Source of the DNA: Escherichia coli
Lineage (GTDB): Bacteria > Pseudomonadota > Gammaproteobacteria > Enterobacterales > Enterobacteriaceae
DNA: 64,000 bases
Assembly (NCBI RefSeq): GCF_009931435.1
Contig: NZ_CP043414.1
Direction: 5' to 3' (one strand)
Below are positions 35,746 through 48,218 of this stretch, in pieces. Under the pieces are notes generated by a model. It had not been told where the DNA came from, ran no database searches, and saw only the letters and a list, made by a program, of their open reading frames with translations. Within the stretch, counting starts at the first letter, position 1. Each line of letters starts with the position of its first letter. The translations under genes were made by a program, and so were the position numbers.

Positions 35746-36834
35746 ATGGAGAGGATTGTCGTTACTCTCGGGGAACGTAGTTACCCAATTACCATCGCAT
35801 CTGGTTTGTTTAATGAACCAGCTTCATTCTTACCGCTGAAATCGGGCGAGCAGGTTATGTTGGTCACCAACGAAACCCTGGCTCCTCTGTATCTCGATAA
35901 GGTCCGCGGCGTACTTGAACAGGCGGGTGTTAACGTCGATAGCGTTATCCTCCCTGACGGCGAGCAGTATAAAAGCCTGGCTGTACTCGATACCGTTTTT
36001 ACGGCGTTGTTACAAAAGCCGCATGGTCGCGATACTACGCTGGTGGCGCTTGGCGGCGGCGTAGTGGGCGATCTGACCGGCTTCGCGGCGGCGAGTTATC
36101 AGCGTGGTGTACGTTTCATTCAAGTCCCGACGACGTTACTGTCGCAGGTCGATTCCTCCGTTGGCGGCAAAACTGCGGTCAACCATCCCCTCGGTAAAAA
36201 CATGATTGGCGCGTTCTACCAGCCAGCTTCAGTGGTAGTGGATCTCGACTGTCTGAAAACGCTTCCCCCGCGTGAGTTAGCGTCGGGGCTGGCAGAAGTC
36301 ATCAAATACGGCATTATTCTTGACGGTGCGTTTTTTAACTGGCTGGAAGAGAATCTGGATGCGTTGTTGCGTCTGGACGGTCCGGCAATGGCGTACTGTA
36401 TTCGCCGTTGTTGTGAACTGAAGGCAGAAGTTGTCGCCGCCGACGAGCGCGAAACCGGGTTACGTGCTTTACTGAATCTGGGACACACCTTTGGTCATGC
36501 CATTGAAGCTGAAATGGGGTATGGCAATTGGTTACACGGTGAAGCGGTTGCTGCGGGTATGGTGATGGCGGCGCGGACGTCGGAACGTCTCGGGCAGTTT
36601 AGTTCTGCCGAAACGCAGCGTATTATAACCCTGCTCACGCGGGCTGGGTTACCGGTCAATGGGCCGCGCGAAATGTCCGCGCAGGCGTATTTACCGCATA
36701 TGCTGCGTGACAAGAAAGTCCTTGCGGGAGAGATGCGCTTAATTCTTCCGTTGGCAATTGGTAAGAGTGAAGTTCGCAGCGGCGTTTCGCACGAGCTTGT
36801 TCTTAATGCCATTGCCGATTGTCAATCAGCGTAA
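35746..36834 (+). CDS. aroB: 3-dehydroquinate synthase
   Basis: 362 aa recognised as AroB. Confidence 0.95.
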
Positions 36835-36925
36835 CAACAAGAAAGGTCAGGCCGCTTATCAAGCGGTCTATTAGCTTCAGGTTAATTGCAACGTGGTAAG
36901 CATTAACCTTTTAGTGGGGTGTTAA

Positions 36926-38212
36926 ATGGATGAATTCAAACCAGAAGACGAGCTGAAACCCGATCCCAGCGATCGTCGTACTGGTCGTTCTCGTCAATCT
37001 TCTGAACGTTCTGAGCGTACTGAACGTGGCGAACCGCAGATCAATTTTGATGATATTGAACTTGATGACACTGACGATCGCCGTCCGACTCGTGCGCAAA
37101 AAGAGCGCAATGAGGAACCGGAAATCGAAGAAGAAATTGACGAATCCGAAGATGAAACCGTGGATGAAGAGCGCGTAGAGCGTCGTCCGCGTAAGCGCAA
37201 AAAAGCAGCCAGTAAACCCGCTTCTCGTCAGTATATGATGATGGGCGTCGGCATTCTGGTTCTCCTGCTGTTGATCATCGGTATCGGTTCTGCGCTAAAA
37301 GCCCCCTCGACCTCTTCCAGCGATCAAACCGCGTCTGGCGAGAAGAGTATTGATCTTGCTGGCAATGCGACCGATCAGGCGAATGGCGTGCAGCCAGCGC
37401 CGGGAACCACGTCTGCGGAAAATACTCAGCAGGATGTTTCTCTGCCGCCGATCTCTTCTACGCCGACTCAAGGGCAAACCCCGGCGGCAACGGATGGTCA
37501 ACAACGTGTTGAAGTGCAGGGTGACCTGAACAATGCGCTGACCCAGCCACAAAATCAGCAACAGTTGAATAATGTGGCGGTCAATTCCACGTTGCCGACT
37601 GAACCCGCGACGGTCGCGCCTGTTCGCAATGGCAATGCATCGCGTGACACGGCGAAAACGCAAACCGCTGAACGTCCGGCCACTACGCGTCCAGCTCGCC
37701 AGCAGGCGGTGATTGAACCGAAAAAACCGCAAGCAACCGTGAAAACGGAACCGAAGCCGGTAGCACAGACGCCGAAGCGTACTGAACCAGCTGCTCCTGT
37801 GGCGAGCACGAAGGCACCGGCTGCGACCTCTACGTCAGCACCAAAAGAGACCGCAACTACGGCTCCAGTACAGACGGCATCCCCGGCGCAAACCACGGCA
37901 ACACCAGCCGCTGGAGGGAAGACCGCAGGTAATGTTGGTTCGTTGAAATCGGCACCGTCCAGCCATTACACTTTGCAGCTGAGCAGTTCCTCTAACTACG
38001 ACAACCTGAACGGTTGGGCGAAGAAAGAGAATCTGAAAAACTACGTTGTCTATGAAACGACGCGTAATGGTCAGCCGTGGTATGTCCTGGTTTCTGGCGT
38101 GTACGCTTCGAAAGAAGAGGCGAAAAAAGCGGTATCTACATTGCCAGCAGATGTCCAGGCCAAAAACCCGTGGGCGAAACCGCTGCGTCAGGTACAGGCC
38201 GATCTGAAGTAA
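36926..38212 (+). CDS. damX: cell division protein DamX (SPOR domain)
   Basis: 428 aa; acidic N-terminus, single TM, Pro/Thr/Ala/Gln-rich linker, C-terminal SPOR-like domain. Confidence 0.93.
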   Translation: MDEFKPEDELKPDPSDRRTGRSRQSSERSERTERGEPQINFDDIELDDTDDRRPTRAQKERNEEPEIEEEIDESEDETVDEERVERRPRKRKKAASKPASRQYMMMGVGILVLLLLIIGIGSALKAPSTSSSDQTASGEKSIDLAGNATDQANGVQPAPGTTSAENTQQDVSLPPISSTPTQGQTPAATDGQQRVEVQGDLNNALTQPQNQQQLNNVAVNSTLPTEPATVAPVRNGNASRDTAKTQTAERPATTRPARQQAVIEPKKPQATVKTEPKPVAQTPKRTEPAAPVASTKAPAATSTSAPKETATTAPVQTASPAQTTATPAAGGKTAGNVGSLKSAPSSHYTLQLSSSSNYDNLNGWAKKENLKNYVVYETTRNGQPWYVLVSGVYASKEEAKKAVSTLPADVQAKNPWAKPLRQVQADLK

Positions 38213-38318
38213 TCAAGGTTATCTCCCGCAATGGTTTATCATCGCGGGAGTTGCCTGAAGCGCTGGATGCTGTCGGAGCTTTCTCCACAGCCGGAGAAGG
38301 TGTAATTAGTTAGTCAGC

Positions 38319-39155
38319 ATGAAGAAAAATCGCGCTTTTTTGAAGTGGGCAGGGGGCAAGTATCCCCTGCTTGATGATATTAAACGGCATTTGCCCAAGG
38401 GCGAATGTCTGGTTGAGCCTTTTGTAGGTGCCGGGTCGGTGTTTCTCAACACCGACTTTTCTCGTTATATCCTTGCCGATATCAATAGCGACCTGATCAG
38501 TCTCTATAACATTGTGAAGATGCGTACTGATGAGTACGTACAGGCCGCACGCGAGCTGTTTGTTCCCGAAACAAATTGCGCCGAGGTTTACTATCAGTTC
38601 CGCGAAGAGTTCAACAAAAGCCAGGATCCGTTCCGTCGGGCGGTACTGTTTTTATATTTGAACCGCTACGGTTACAACGGCCTGTGTCGTTACAATCTGC
38701 GCGGTGAGTTTAACGTGCCGTTTGGCCGCTACAAAAAACCCTATTTCCCGGAAGCAGAGTTGTATCACTTCGCTGAAAAAGCGCAGAATGCCTTTTTCTA
38801 TTGTGAGTCTTACGCCGATAGCATGGCGCGCGCAGATGATGCATCCGTCGTCTATTGCGATCCGCCTTATGCGCCGCTGTCTGCGACCGCCAACTTTACG
38901 GCGTATCACACAAACAGTTTTACGCTTGAACAACAAGCGCATCTGGCGGAGATCGCCGAAGGTCTGGTTGAGCGCCATATTCCAGTGCTGATCTCCAATC
39001 ACGATACGATGTTAACGCGTGAGTGGTATCAGCGCGCAAAATTGCATGTCGTCAAAGTTCGACGCAGTATAAGCAGCAACGGCGGCACACGTAAAAAGGT
39101 GGACGAACTGCTGGCTTTGTACAAACCAGGAGTCGTTTCACCCGCGAAAAAATAA
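38319..39155 (+). CDS. dam: DNA adenine methyltransferase (GATC)
   Basis: 278 aa; DPPY catalytic motif (YCDPPYAPL). Confidence 0.96.
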
Positions 39156-39172
39156 TTCTCAAGGAGAAGCGG

Positions 39173-39850
39173 ATGAAACAGTATTTGATTGCCCCCTCAA
39201 TTCTGTCGGCTGATTTTGCCCGCCTGGGTGAAGATACCGCAAAAGCCCTGGCAGCTGGCGCTGATGTCGTGCATTTTGACGTCATGGATAACCACTATGT
39301 TCCCAATCTGACGATTGGGCCAATGGTGCTGAAATCTCTGCGTAATTATGGCATTACTGCCCCTATTGATGTGCATCTGATGGTGAAACCGGTCGATCGC
39401 ATTGTGCCAGATTTCGCTGCCGCTGGTGCCAGCATCATAACCTTTCATCCAGAAGCCTCCGAGCATGTTGACCGCACGCTGCAACTGATTAAAGAAAATG
39501 GCTGTAAAGCGGGGCTGGTATTTAACCCGGCGACACCGCTGAGCTATCTGGATTACGTGATGGATAAGCTGGATGTGATCCTGCTGATGTCCGTCAACCC
39601 TGGTTTCGGCGGTCAGTCTTTCATTCCTCAAACACTGGATAAACTGCGCGAAGTACGTCGTCGTATCGACGAGTCTGGCTTCGACATTCGACTGGAAGTG
39701 GACGGCGGCGTGAAGGTGAACAACATTGGCGAAATCGCTGCGGCAGGTGCCGATATGTTCGTCGCTGGTTCGGCCATTTTCGATCAGCCAGACTACAAAA
39801 AGGTCATTGATGAAATGCGCAGTGAACTGGCAAAGGTAAGTCATGAATAA
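39173..39850 (+). CDS. rpe: ribulose-phosphate 3-epimerase
   Basis: 225 aa recognised as Rpe. Confidence 0.95.
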   Translation: MKQYLIAPSILSADFARLGEDTAKALAAGADVVHFDVMDNHYVPNLTIGPMVLKSLRNYGITAPIDVHLMVKPVDRIVPDFAAAGASIITFHPEASEHVDRTLQLIKENGCKAGLVFNPATPLSYLDYVMDKLDVILLMSVNPGFGGQSFIPQTLDKLREVRRRIDESGFDIRLEVDGGVKVNNIGEIAAAGADMFVAGSAIFDQPDYKKVIDEMRSELAKVSHE

Positions 39851-40601
39851 GTTTGAAGATATTCGCGGCGTCGCTTTTGATCTCGATGGTACGCTGGTGG
39901 ACAGTGCTCCTGGTCTGGCTGCTGCGGTAGATATGGCGCTGTATGCGCTGGAGTTGCCCGTCGCAGGTGAAGAGCGTGTTATTACCTGGATTGGTAATGG
40001 CGCAGATGTTCTGATGGAGCGAGCATTGACCTGGGCGCGTCAGGAACGTGCGACTCTGCGTAAAACAATGGGTAAACCGCCCGTTGATGACGACATTCCG
40101 GCAGAAGAACAGGTACGTATTCTGCGTAAACTGTTCGATCGCTACTATGGCGAGGTTGCCGAAGAGGGGACGTTTTTGTTCCCGCACGTTGCCGATACGC
40201 TTGGCGCATTGCAGGCAAAAGGCCTGCCGCTAGGTCTGGTCACCAACAAACCGACGCCGTTCGTCGCGCCACTGCTCGAAGCCTTAGATATCGCAAAATA
40301 CTTTAGCGTGGTCATTGGCGGCGATGATGTGCAAAACAAAAAACCGCATCCGGACCCACTGTTACTGGTGGCTGAGCGGATGGGCATTGCCCCACAACAG
40401 ATGCTGTTTGTTGGCGACTCACGCAATGATATTCAGGCAGCAAAAGCAGCTGGTTGCCCTTCTGTTGGTTTAACCTATGGATATAACTACGGCGAGGCTA
40501 TCGATCTTAGCCAGCCTGATGTAATTTATCAGTCTATAAATGACCTTCTGCCCGCATTAGGGCTTCCGCATAGCGAAAATCAGGAATCGAAAAATGACTA
40601 A
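39843..40601 (+). CDS. gph: phosphoglycolate phosphatase
   Basis: 252 aa; HAD motif FDLDGTL; overlaps rpe and trpS. Confidence 0.94.
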   Translation: MNKFEDIRGVAFDLDGTLVDSAPGLAAAVDMALYALELPVAGEERVITWIGNGADVLMERALTWARQERATLRKTMGKPPVDDDIPAEEQVRILRKLFDRYYGEVAEEGTFLFPHVADTLGALQAKGLPLGLVTNKPTPFVAPLLEALDIAKYFSVVIGGDDVQNKKPHPDPLLLVAERMGIAPQQMLFVGDSRNDIQAAKAAGCPSVGLTYGYNYGEAIDLSQPDVIYQSINDLLPALGLPHSENQESKND

Positions 40602-41598
40602 GCCCATCGTTTTTAGTGGCGCACAGCCCTCAGGTGAATTGACCATTGGTAACTACATGGGTGCGCTGCGTCAGTGGGTAAACATGCAGGATGACTACCA
40701 TTGCATTTACTGTATCGTTGACCAACATGCGATCACCGTGCGCCAGGATGCACAGAAGCTGCGTAAAGCAACACTGGATACGCTGGCGTTGTATCTGGCT
40801 TGTGGTATCGATCCTGAGAAAAGCACCATTTTTGTTCAGTCCCACGTGCCGGAACATGCGCAGTTAGGCTGGGCACTGAACTGCTATACCTACTTCGGCG
40901 AACTGAGCCGTATGACCCAGTTTAAAGACAAATCTGCGCGTTATGCCGAGAATATCAATGCTGGTCTGTTTGATTATCCGGTGCTGATGGCGGCGGATAT
41001 TCTACTGTATCAAACCAATCTGGTGCCGGTGGGTGAAGACCAGAAACAGCACCTGGAACTGAGCCGCGATATCGCTCAGCGTTTTAACGCGCTGTACGGC
41101 GACATTTTTAAAGTGCCGGAACCGTTTATTCCGAAATCCGGCGCGCGCGTAATGTCGCTGCTGGAGCCGACCAAGAAGATGTCCAAGTCTGACGATAATC
41201 GCAATAACGTTATCGGCCTGCTGGAAGATCCGAAATCGGTCGTGAAGAAAATCAAACGCGCGGTCACTGACTCCGACGAGCCGCCGGTAGTTCGCTACGA
41301 TGTGCAGAATAAAGCGGGCGTTTCCAACCTGCTGGATATTCTTTCTGCGGTAACTGGCCAGAGTATCCCGGAACTGGAAAAACAGTTCGAAGGCAAGATG
41401 TATGGTCATCTGAAAGGCGAAGTGGCTGATGCCGTTTCTGGTATGCTGACTGAATTGCAGGAACGTTATCACCGTTTCCGCAACGATGAAGCCTTCCTGC
41501 AACAGGTGATGAAAGACGGCGCGGAAAAAGCCAGTGCACACGCTTCTCGTACGCTGAAAGCGGTGTACGAAGCGATTGGTTTTGTGGCGAAGCCGTAA
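40594..41598 (+). CDS. trpS: tryptophan--tRNA ligase
   Basis: 334 aa; class I motifs (HIGN-type TIGNYMG, KMSKS). Confidence 0.96.
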   Translation: MTKPIVFSGAQPSGELTIGNYMGALRQWVNMQDDYHCIYCIVDQHAITVRQDAQKLRKATLDTLALYLACGIDPEKSTIFVQSHVPEHAQLGWALNCYTYFGELSRMTQFKDKSARYAENINAGLFDYPVLMAADILLYQTNLVPVGEDQKQHLELSRDIAQRFNALYGDIFKVPEPFIPKSGARVMSLLEPTKKMSKSDDNRNNVIGLLEDPKSVVKKIKRAVTDSDEPPVVRYDVQNKAGVSNLLDILSAVTGQSIPELEKQFEGKMYGHLKGEVADAVSGMLTELQERYHRFRNDEAFLQQVMKDGAEKASAHASRTLKAVYEAIGFVAKP

Positions 41599-41631
41599 TT
41601 CACTATTGCTGGCAAATTGCGCTTTGTTCAT

Positions 41632-41729
41632 GCCAGATGCGGCGTGAACGCCTTATCTGGCCTACAAAGTAATGCACATTCAACATATTGCAAGGAAATG
41701 TAGGCCTGATAAGCGTAGCGCATCAGGTA
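41632..41729. repeat. BIME (two inverted REP units)
   Basis: gccagatgcggcgtgaacgccttatctggcctac ... gtaggcctgataagcgtagcgcatcaggta. Confidence 0.7.
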
Positions 41730-41894
41730 ATTTTGCTTTTATCATCACTCTGAAACCGGGGAAACTCGGTTTTTTATCCTCTTTTCGCAACAACCCGAAA
41801 AAATGTGAAGCGCCTCGCCATTTCCATATCTCATAGTTGCCACTTATCTTCAATTTAATGAAGATATAAATATTCACTTTATTGAAAATTTACT

Positions 41895-42800
41895 ATGCGT
41901 CGAACGTTTATCAAAAAAGAAGGCGTCGTCATCACGACTCTGGCTCGTTATCTGTTAGGTGAAAAGTGCGGTAATCGACTGAAAACCATAGATGAACTGG
42001 CAACTGAATGCCATTCATCGGTTGGTCTGACACAGGCCGCGTTGAAAACGCTGGAATCAAGCGGAGCGATACGGATAGAACGCCGTGGGCGTAATGGCAG
42101 TTATCTGGTGGAAATGGATAACAAAGCGCTGCTGAGTCATGTGGATATCAACAATGTGGTATGTGCGATGCCCTTGCCCTATACCCGTTTGTACGAAGGC
42201 CTGGCGAGCGGATTGAAAGCCCAATTTGATGGCATTCCTTTTTACTATGCGCATATGCGCGGCGCGGATATTCGCGTGGAGTGTTTACTTAACGGCGTGT
42301 ATGACATGGCGGTGGTTTCCCGACTGGCGGCGGAAAGTTATCTCACGCAAAAAGGCTTATGCCTCGCGCTGGAGTTGGGGCCGCATACCTACGTTGGTGA
42401 GCATCAGTTGATTTGCCGTAAAGGAGAGGCTGCAAAGGTGAAACGCGTGGGGTTGGATAACCGTTCGGCGGATCAGAAAATTATGACCGATGTCTTTTTT
42501 GGCAGTAGCGATGTAGAACGTGTCGATCTCTCTTATCACGAGAGTTTACAACGCATTGTTAAAGGCGATGTCGATGCGGTGATCTGGAACGTGGTAGCGG
42601 AGAGCGAACTGGCCATGCTGGGATTAGAAGCGATGCCGCTGACGAACGATCCGCGATTTTTACAGGCCACTGAAGCCGTGATACTCACGCGTGCCGATGA
42701 TTACCCAATGCAACAACTGCTACGTACGGTTGTAGATAAACACGTCCTGCTTGCTCATCAACAGCGAGTAGTCAGTGGGGAACAGGAACCCAGTTATTAA
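41895..42800 (+). CDS. yhfZ: putative transcriptional regulator YhfZ
   Basis: 301-aa ORF recognised as YhfZ; first gene of the yhfZ-yhfS cluster. Confidence 0.85.
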   Translation: MRRTFIKKEGVVITTLARYLLGEKCGNRLKTIDELATECHSSVGLTQAALKTLESSGAIRIERRGRNGSYLVEMDNKALLSHVDINNVVCAMPLPYTRLYEGLASGLKAQFDGIPFYYAHMRGADIRVECLLNGVYDMAVVSRLAAESYLTQKGLCLALELGPHTYVGEHQLICRKGEAAKVKRVGLDNRSADQKIMTDVFFGSSDVERVDLSYHESLQRIVKGDVDAVIWNVVAESELAMLGLEAMPLTNDPRFLQATEAVILTRADDYPMQQLLRTVVDKHVLLAHQQRVVSGEQEPSY

Positions 42801-42816
42801 ACGAAAGGCATCTGAA

Positions 42817-43179
42817 ATGGAAACCAGACTCAACCTGCTTTGTGAGGCAGGCGTTATTGATAAGGACATCTGCAAAGGCATGATGCAGGTCGTCAACGTA
42901 CTGGAAACAGAGTGCCATCTACCGGTGCGCAGCGAGCAAGGAATGATGGCGATGACACATATGGCGAGCGCACTGATGCGCAGTCGCCGTGGTGAAGAAA
43001 TAGAGCCGCTGGATAACGAATTGCTGGCAGAGCTGGCGCAATCCAGCCACTGGTCAGCCATTTTACAATTGCATCAGGTGTTGTTGAAGGAATTCGCACT
43101 GGAAGTTAACCCGTGTGAAGAAGGCTATTTGCTGGCCAACCTTTATGGATTATGGATGGCTGCTAACGAAGAGGTTTGA
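42817..43179 (+). CDS. yhfY: PRD-like domain protein YhfY
   Basis: 120 aa from ATG at 42817 (METRLNLL); ORF track allows an earlier start at 42775. Confidence 0.78.
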   Translation: METRLNLLCEAGVIDKDICKGMMQVVNVLETECHLPVRSEQGMMAMTHMASALMRSRRGEEIEPLDNELLAELAQSSHWSAILQLHQVLLKEFALEVNPCEEGYLLANLYGLWMAANEEV

Positions 43180-43262
43180 GGCTCCCGACAAATCCACGTC
43201 GCACAACCTAAATATTCAAAAAAATGAATGTTTAATTCAAGGAACAGAAACGAGGCAACAAG

Positions 43263-44426
43263 ATGTTTGTAGAAGCATTGAAACGCCAGAACCCGGCACT
43301 GATTTCCGCCGCACTAAGATTGTGGCAACAGGGCAAGATCGCCCCGGACAGTTGGGTAATCGACGTCGATCAGGTACTGGAAAACGGTAAGCGGCTGATT
43401 GAGACTGCACGGCTTTACGGTATTGAACTGTATCTGATGACCAAACAGTTCGGTCGTAATCCGTGGCTGGCAGAAAAACTGCTGGCGCTGGGTTACAGCG
43501 GCATTGTGGCGGTGGATTACAAAGAGGCACGAATCATGCGCCGCGCAGGTTTACCGGTGGCGCATCAGGGGCATCTGGTGCAAATCCCTTGTCATCAGGT
43601 GTATGACGCTGTTGAACAGGGCACCGACGTCATCACCGTGTTTACACTCGACAAAGCGCGGGAAGTTTCTGCGGCAGCGGTGACGGCCGGGCGGGTCCAG
43701 CCTGTGCTGCTCAAAGTTTATAGCGACGATGATTTTCTTTATCCGGGGCAGGAGAGCGGTTTTGCACAGCATTCGCTGCATGAGGTGGTTGCTGAAATCC
43801 AGAAACTACCGGGGTTACATTTAGCCGGATTAACCCATTTCCCTTGCCTGCTATGGGATGAGGCTGCCGGGAAAGTTTTGCCAACACCGAACCTCCAGAC
43901 GCTGGTCAATGCTCGTAACCAACTTCTGAAGTCTGGAGTTGTACTTGAGCAATTAAACGCGCCTTCAGCGACCAGCTGCACTTCGCTGCCATTACTGGCG
44001 GAATACGGTGTGACTCATGCCGAACCCGGCCATGCGCTGACGGGGACGATTCCGGCAAACCAGCAGGGCGACCAGCCTGAACGTATCGCCATGCTTTGGT
44101 TAAGTGAAATTTCCCATCACTTCCGTGGCGACAGTTATTGCTATGGCGGTGGCTATTACCGTCGTGGGCATGCGCATAACGCACTGGTATTTACGCCAGA
44201 AAATCAAAGCATTACTGAAACATATCTCAAAGCCGTAGATGACAGCAGTATCGACTACACCCTGCCGCTGGCAGGCGAGCATTCGGTAAGCAGTGCTGTG
44301 GTGCTCTGCTTTCGCACGCAGATTTTTGTCAGCCGTAGCGATGTGGTGCTGGTGTCCGGTATTCACCGTGGCGAACCGGAAATCGTTGGTCGTTATGACA
44401 GTCTTGGAAGCTCTCTGGAGGCGTAA
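43263..44426 (+). CDS. yhfX: alanine racemase-fold PLP enzyme YhfX
   Basis: 387-aa ORF recognised as YhfX. Confidence 0.85.
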   Translation: MFVEALKRQNPALISAALRLWQQGKIAPDSWVIDVDQVLENGKRLIETARLYGIELYLMTKQFGRNPWLAEKLLALGYSGIVAVDYKEARIMRRAGLPVAHQGHLVQIPCHQVYDAVEQGTDVITVFTLDKAREVSAAAVTAGRVQPVLLKVYSDDDFLYPGQESGFAQHSLHEVVAEIQKLPGLHLAGLTHFPCLLWDEAAGKVLPTPNLQTLVNARNQLLKSGVVLEQLNAPSATSCTSLPLLAEYGVTHAEPGHALTGTIPANQQGDQPERIAMLWLSEISHHFRGDSYCYGGGYYRRGHAHNALVFTPENQSITETYLKAVDDSSIDYTLPLAGEHSVSSAVVLCFRTQIFVSRSDVVLVSGIHRGEPEIVGRYDSLGSSLEA

Positions 44427-45652
44427 TGGCGCGATTTGTGGTGTTAGTGATTGATAGCTTTGGCGTAGGGGCAATGAAAGATGTCACGTTGGTGCGTCCG
44501 CAGGATGCCGGGGCGAATACCTGTGGTCACATCCTGAGCCAGTTGCCGCATTTACAGCTACCAACGCTGGAGAAAATGGGGCTAATCAACGCATTAGGTT
44601 ATGCGCCTGGCGATATGCAGCCGTCAGACTCCGCAACCTGGGGCGTTGCAGAGTTGCAACATGAAGGTGGCGACACCTTTATGGGGCATCAGGAAATTTT
44701 AGGCACGCGCCCGTTACCGCCGCTGCGGATGCCCTTTCGCGATGTGATTGACCGTGTTGAGCAGGCATTAGTCACCGCTGGCTGGCGGGTTGAGCGCCGT
44801 GGCGAAGAGTTGCAATTTCTGTGGGTTAATCAGTCGGTTGCCATTGGCGATAACCTCGAGGCGGATTTAGGCCAGGTCTATAACATCACCGCCAATCTCT
44901 CTGCGATCTCTTTTGACGACGCAATCAAAATTGGTCGTATCGTGCGTGAGCAGGTACAGGCCGGTCGGGTCATTACATTTGGCGGCCTGTTAACTGACAG
45001 TCAGCGCATTCTCGATGCCGCAGAAAGCAAAGAAGGGCGCTTTATTGGCATCAATGCGCCGCGTTCTGGCGCTTATGACAACGGTTTCCAGGTCGTACAT
45101 ATGGGCTATGGCGTCGATGAAAAAGTGCAGGTGCCGCACCAACTGCATCAAGTGGGCGTGCCCACGGTGCTGGTGGGTAAGGTGGCAGATATCGTCAGCA
45201 ATCCTTATGGCGTGAGCTGGCAAAACCTGGTGGATAGCCAGCGGATTATGGATATCACCCTCGACGAATTTAACACGCATCCGACGGCGTTTATTTGCAC
45301 CAATATCCAGGAAACCGACCTCGCTGGTCACGCAGAAGACGTCGCACGTTATGCCGAACGTTTGCAGGTCGTTGACCGTAACCTTGTCCGGCTTGTTGAG
45401 GCGATGCAGCCAGATGATTGCCTGGTCGTGATGGCGGATCACGGTAACGATCCGACCATTGGTCACAGCCACCATACCCGTGAAGTAGTGCCAGTGCTGG
45501 TTTATCAGCAAGGGCTGGTCCACACGCAACTCGGTGTGCGCACCACGCTTTCTGATGTGGGGGCTACCGTGTGTGAATTTTTCCGTGCGCCACCGCCACA
45601 AAATGGTCGCTCTTTTCTTTCCTCCCTCCGGTTTGCAGGAGACACCCTATGA
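44426..45652 (+). CDS. yhfW: phosphopentomutase-like (alkaline phosphatase superfamily) YhfW
   Basis: 408-aa ORF recognised as YhfW; overlaps yhfX and php. Confidence 0.85.
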   Translation: MARFVVLVIDSFGVGAMKDVTLVRPQDAGANTCGHILSQLPHLQLPTLEKMGLINALGYAPGDMQPSDSATWGVAELQHEGGDTFMGHQEILGTRPLPPLRMPFRDVIDRVEQALVTAGWRVERRGEELQFLWVNQSVAIGDNLEADLGQVYNITANLSAISFDDAIKIGRIVREQVQAGRVITFGGLLTDSQRILDAAESKEGRFIGINAPRSGAYDNGFQVVHMGYGVDEKVQVPHQLHQVGVPTVLVGKVADIVSNPYGVSWQNLVDSQRIMDITLDEFNTHPTAFICTNIQETDLAGHAEDVARYAERLQVVDRNLVRLVEAMQPDDCLVVMADHGNDPTIGHSHHTREVVPVLVYQQGLVHTQLGVRTTLSDVGATVCEFFRAPPPQNGRSFLSSLRFAGDTL

Positions 45653-46527
45653 GTTTTGATCCGACGGGCTTCACCCTCGCCCATGAGCATCTGCATATTG
45701 ATCTCTCCGGCTTTAAAAACAACGTGGACTGCCGCTTTGATCAGTATGCGTTCATTTGCCAGGAGATGAACGACCTGATGGCACTGGGTGTGCGTAATGT
45801 GATTGAGATGACCAACCGTTACATGGGGCGCAATGCACAATTTATGCTCGATGTAATGCACGAGACGGGGATCAACGTGGTGGCCTGCACCGGTTATTAC
45901 CAGGACGCGTTTTTCCCGCAACATGTGGCGACCCGCAGCGTGCAGGAACTGGCGCAGGAGATGGTCGATGAAATTGAACAGGGTATCGATGGCACGGAGC
46001 TGAAAGCCGGGATCATCGCGGAGATCGGCTCCAGCGAAGGAAAGATTACGCCGCTGGAAGAGAAGGTGTTTATTGCCGCCGCGTTGGCGCATAACCAGAC
46101 CGGATGCCCCATCTCCACGCATACGTCGTTCAGCACGATGGGGCTGGAGCAACTGGCTCTGTTGCAAGCCCACGGAGTTGATCTTTCGCGCGTCACCGTC
46201 GGGCACTGCGATCTGAAAGACAACCTCGACAACATTTTGAAGATGATCGATCTCGGCGCGTATGTACAGTTCGACACCATCGGCAAGAACAGTTACTACC
46301 CGGACGAAAAGCGCATTGCGATGCTTCATGCGCTACGCGACCGTGGGTTGCTTAACCGCGTCATGCTGTCGATGGATATTACGCGGCGCTCTCATTTAAA
46401 AGCCAACGGTGGTTATGGCTATGACTTTTTATTAACCACCTTTATTCCGCAATTGCGCCAGTCAGGATTCAGTCAGGCCGATGTGGATGTGATGTTACGT
46501 GAAAATCCCTCTCAATTTTTCCAATAA
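45649..46527 (+). CDS. php: phosphotriesterase homology protein
   Basis: 292 aa; N-terminal HxH metal-binding motif ([11 protein letters not shown]). Confidence 0.9.
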   Translation: MSFDPTGFTLAHEHLHIDLSGFKNNVDCRFDQYAFICQEMNDLMALGVRNVIEMTNRYMGRNAQFMLDVMHETGINVVACTGYYQDAFFPQHVATRSVQELAQEMVDEIEQGIDGTELKAGIIAEIGSSEGKITPLEEKVFIAAALAHNQTGCPISTHTSFSTMGLEQLALLQAHGVDLSRVTVGHCDLKDNLDNILKMIDLGAYVQFDTIGKNSYYPDEKRIAMLHALRDRGLLNRVMLSMDITRRSHLKANGGYGYDFLLTTFIPQLRQSGFSQADVDVMLRENPSQFFQ

Positions 46528-46537
46528 GGACAGACTC

Positions 46538-46891
46538 ATGAAAAAGATTGGCGTTGCAGGCTTACAGCGTGAGCAGATTAAAAAAACCATTGAAGCGACG
46601 GCTCCTGGCTGTTTTGAAGTTTTCATTCATAACGACATGGAAGCGGCGATGAAGGTGAAATCCGGGCAACTGGATTACTACATCGGCGCGTGTAATACCG
46701 GTGCGGGCGCGGCATTGTCGATTGCCATCGCGGTGATTGGGTATAACAAAAGTTGCACTATTGCTAAGCCGGGTATTAAAGCGAAAGACGAGCATATCGC
46801 CAAAATGGTTGCCGAAGGGAAAGTGGCGTTTGGGCTTTCCGTTGAGCACGTCGAACATGCGATTCCGATGCTGATTAACCATCTGAAATAA
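46538..46891 (+). CDS. yhfU: DUF2620 protein YhfU
   Basis: 117 aa from MKKIGVAG with AAGGA RBS; ORF track shows a 13-codon upstream extension. Confidence 0.82.
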   Translation: MKKIGVAGLQREQIKKTIEATAPGCFEVFIHNDMEAAMKVKSGQLDYYIGACNTGAGAALSIAIAVIGYNKSCTIAKPGIKAKDEHIAKMVAEGKVAFGLSVEHVEHAIPMLINHLK

Positions 46892-46902
46892 AAGGCACGA
46901 CT

Positions 46903-48207
46903 ATGGATCTGTATATTCAGATTATCGTGGTGGCGTGCCTGACGGGTATGACATCGCTTCTGGCGCATCGCTCGGCGGCTGTTTTTCATGACGGTATCCG
47001 CCCGATCCTGCCGCAACTGATTGAAGGCTATATGAACCGTCGCGAGGCGGGGAGTATCGCTTTTGGTCTGAGCATTGGTTTTGTGGCCTCGGTGGGGATC
47101 TCTTTTACCCTGAAAACCGGGTTGCTCAACGCATGGTTACTCTTTCTTCCTACCGATATCCTCGGTGTCCTGGCGATAAACAGCCTGATGGCGTTTGGCC
47201 TTGGTGCACTCTGGGGCGTACTGATCCTCACCTGCCTGCTGCCGGTAAACCAGCTGCTGACCGCGCTACCGGTGGATGTATTAGGTAGTCTGGGGGAATT
47301 AAGCTCGCCAGTGGTTTCAGCTTTTGCACTGTTCCCGTTGGTGGCGATTTTCTACCAGTTTGGCTGGAAGCAAAGTCTGATCGCCGCCGTGGTAGTGTTG
47401 ATGACCCGTGTGGTGGTAGTGCGCTATTTCCCGCATCTCAATCCGGAATCCATCGAAATCTTTATTGGCATGGTGATGCTGCTGGGGATCGCGATAACTC
47501 ACGACCTGCGTCATCGTGATGAAAATGACATCGATGCCAGCGGTATGTCGGTGTTTGAAGAACGTACGTCGAGGATTATCAAAAATTTACCCTATATCGC
47601 CATCGTAGGGGCGCTGATTGCCGCCGTTGCCAGCATGAAGATTTTTGCTGGTAGTGAAGTGTCGATCTTCACCCTGGAGAAAGCATATTCCGCAGGTGTA
47701 ACGCCGGAACAATCACAAACGCTGATCAACCAGGCGGCGCTGGCGGAATTTATGCGCGGGCTGGGTTTTGTGCCGTTGATTGCCACCACCGCGTTAGCAA
47801 CAGGTGTGTATGCAGTTGCGGGCTTTACCTTTGTTTATGCGGTGGGCTATCTCTCGCCGAATCCGATGATTGCAGCGGTATTAGGCGCAGTGGTTATTTC
47901 GGCGGAAGTCCTGTTACTTCGTTCGATCGGCAAATGGCTGGGACGCTATCCATCGGTACGTAACGCGTCGGATAACATCCGTAACGCCATGAATATGCTG
48001 ATGGAAGTGGCGTTGCTGGTCGGTTCGATTTTCGCAGCAATTAAAATGGCGGGCTATACCGGATTCTCCATCGCGGTTGCCATTTACTTCCTCAACGAAT
48101 CCCTGGGCCGTCCGGTACAGAAAATGGCGGCACCGGTCGTGGCAGTAATGATCACCGGTATTCTGCTGAATGTTCTTTACTGGCTTGGCCTGTTCGTTCC
48201 GGCTTAA
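46903..48207 (+). CDS. yhfT: inner membrane transporter-like protein YhfT
   Basis: 434-aa polytopic membrane protein. Confidence 0.85.
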   Translation: MDLYIQIIVVACLTGMTSLLAHRSAAVFHDGIRPILPQLIEGYMNRREAGSIAFGLSIGFVASVGISFTLKTGLLNAWLLFLPTDILGVLAINSLMAFGLGALWGVLILTCLLPVNQLLTALPVDVLGSLGELSSPVVSAFALFPLVAIFYQFGWKQSLIAAVVVLMTRVVVVRYFPHLNPESIEIFIGMVMLLGIAITHDLRHRDENDIDASGMSVFEERTSRIIKNLPYIAIVGALIAAVASMKIFAGSEVSIFTLEKAYSAGVTPEQSQTLINQAALAEFMRGLGFVPLIATTALATGVYAVAGFTFVYAVGYLSPNPMIAAVLGAVVISAEVLLLRSIGKWLGRYPSVRNASDNIRNAMNMLMEVALLVGSIFAAIKMAGYTGFSIAVAIYFLNESLGRPVQKMAAPVVAVMITGILLNVLYWLGLFVPA

Positions 48208-48218
48208 GGAAGGCACCT

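Noticed and set aside
39197-39844. 215-aa minus-strand ORF
   Set aside because: Antisense to rpe; shadow ORF.
45505-46329. 274-aa minus-strand ORF
   Set aside because: Antisense to php and yhfW; shadow ORF.
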